This document shows positions 63,597 to 64,000 of a DNA stretch of 64,000 bases, piece by piece; the stretch's first letter is position 1; every line of letters begins with the position of its first letter. Origin of the DNA: Octopus bimaculoides (lineage: Eukaryota); contig NC_069003.1 in NCBI RefSeq assembly GCF_001194135.2, forward strand, positions 2,343,456-2,407,455, read 5' to 3'. The translations under genes and the position numbers were made by a program. The notes beneath the pieces were generated by a model. That model ran no database searches, was not told the DNA's origin, and saw only the letters and a list, made by a program, of their open reading frames with translations.

Positions 63597-63945
63597 TGTA
63601 TGTGTATGAGTATATAAATAGTTAGAGATAGAGAAAGAGGTAGGTAAATATACGTACGCATGGATGTGTGAATTGTTTGAATTGTGCGTGCTTGTGTCTA
63701 TGTGAAAATGTGAACAGATAAAACGGATAAAGGCGCCAAACGTCTCCACCTACATCTACATGCAGCAATAATTTATGTAGGAATCTACGTTTGTGTGGAG
63801 GCGTGGTGTGGTGTGGATGTATGTTGTTTCAATCTGCGGTCAAAATCTGACATCCTCCTTATAATCATTCATCATGCACACATCCACCCACACACATCCA
63901 TATGTGCGTCCACACACGCACTTATATTTATGTATGCATATATAT

Positions 63946-64000
<55 letters not shown>

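Overview
AT-rich, microsatellite-dense eukaryotic DNA from a gapped draft assembly (about 15 N-runs, nearly all flanked by simple repeats). The SINE families, including a CORE-type SINE, suggest an octopus/coleoid genome (inference). No complete protein-coding gene, rRNA, true tRNA or CRISPR array can be supported; the ORF track is almost entirely microsatellite, N-run or repeat read-through. The window contains three tRNA-headed SINE families (called A, B, C here; about 30 copies or fragments, several with target-site duplications), decayed LINE fragments (CR1-like, RTE, two R4/Dong-like pieces with CCHC/RLE), a Penelope GIY-YIG remnant, several Tc1/mariner fragments, two long-TIR MITEs, a Helentron-type non-autonomous element and a possible Helitron end. 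The most notable items are a degenerate type I hammerhead ribozyme at 51575-51621 with weaker relics elsewhere, a TA-flanked MITE carrying head-to-head telomere-like repeats, three SINE-SINE junctions beside the family-B B-box, and a switch in SINE-B orientation near 30.5 kb that coincides with weak first-exon-like signals. A few isolated splice signals (best at 55266) suggest the window may be largely intronic, but the host gene cannot be identified.
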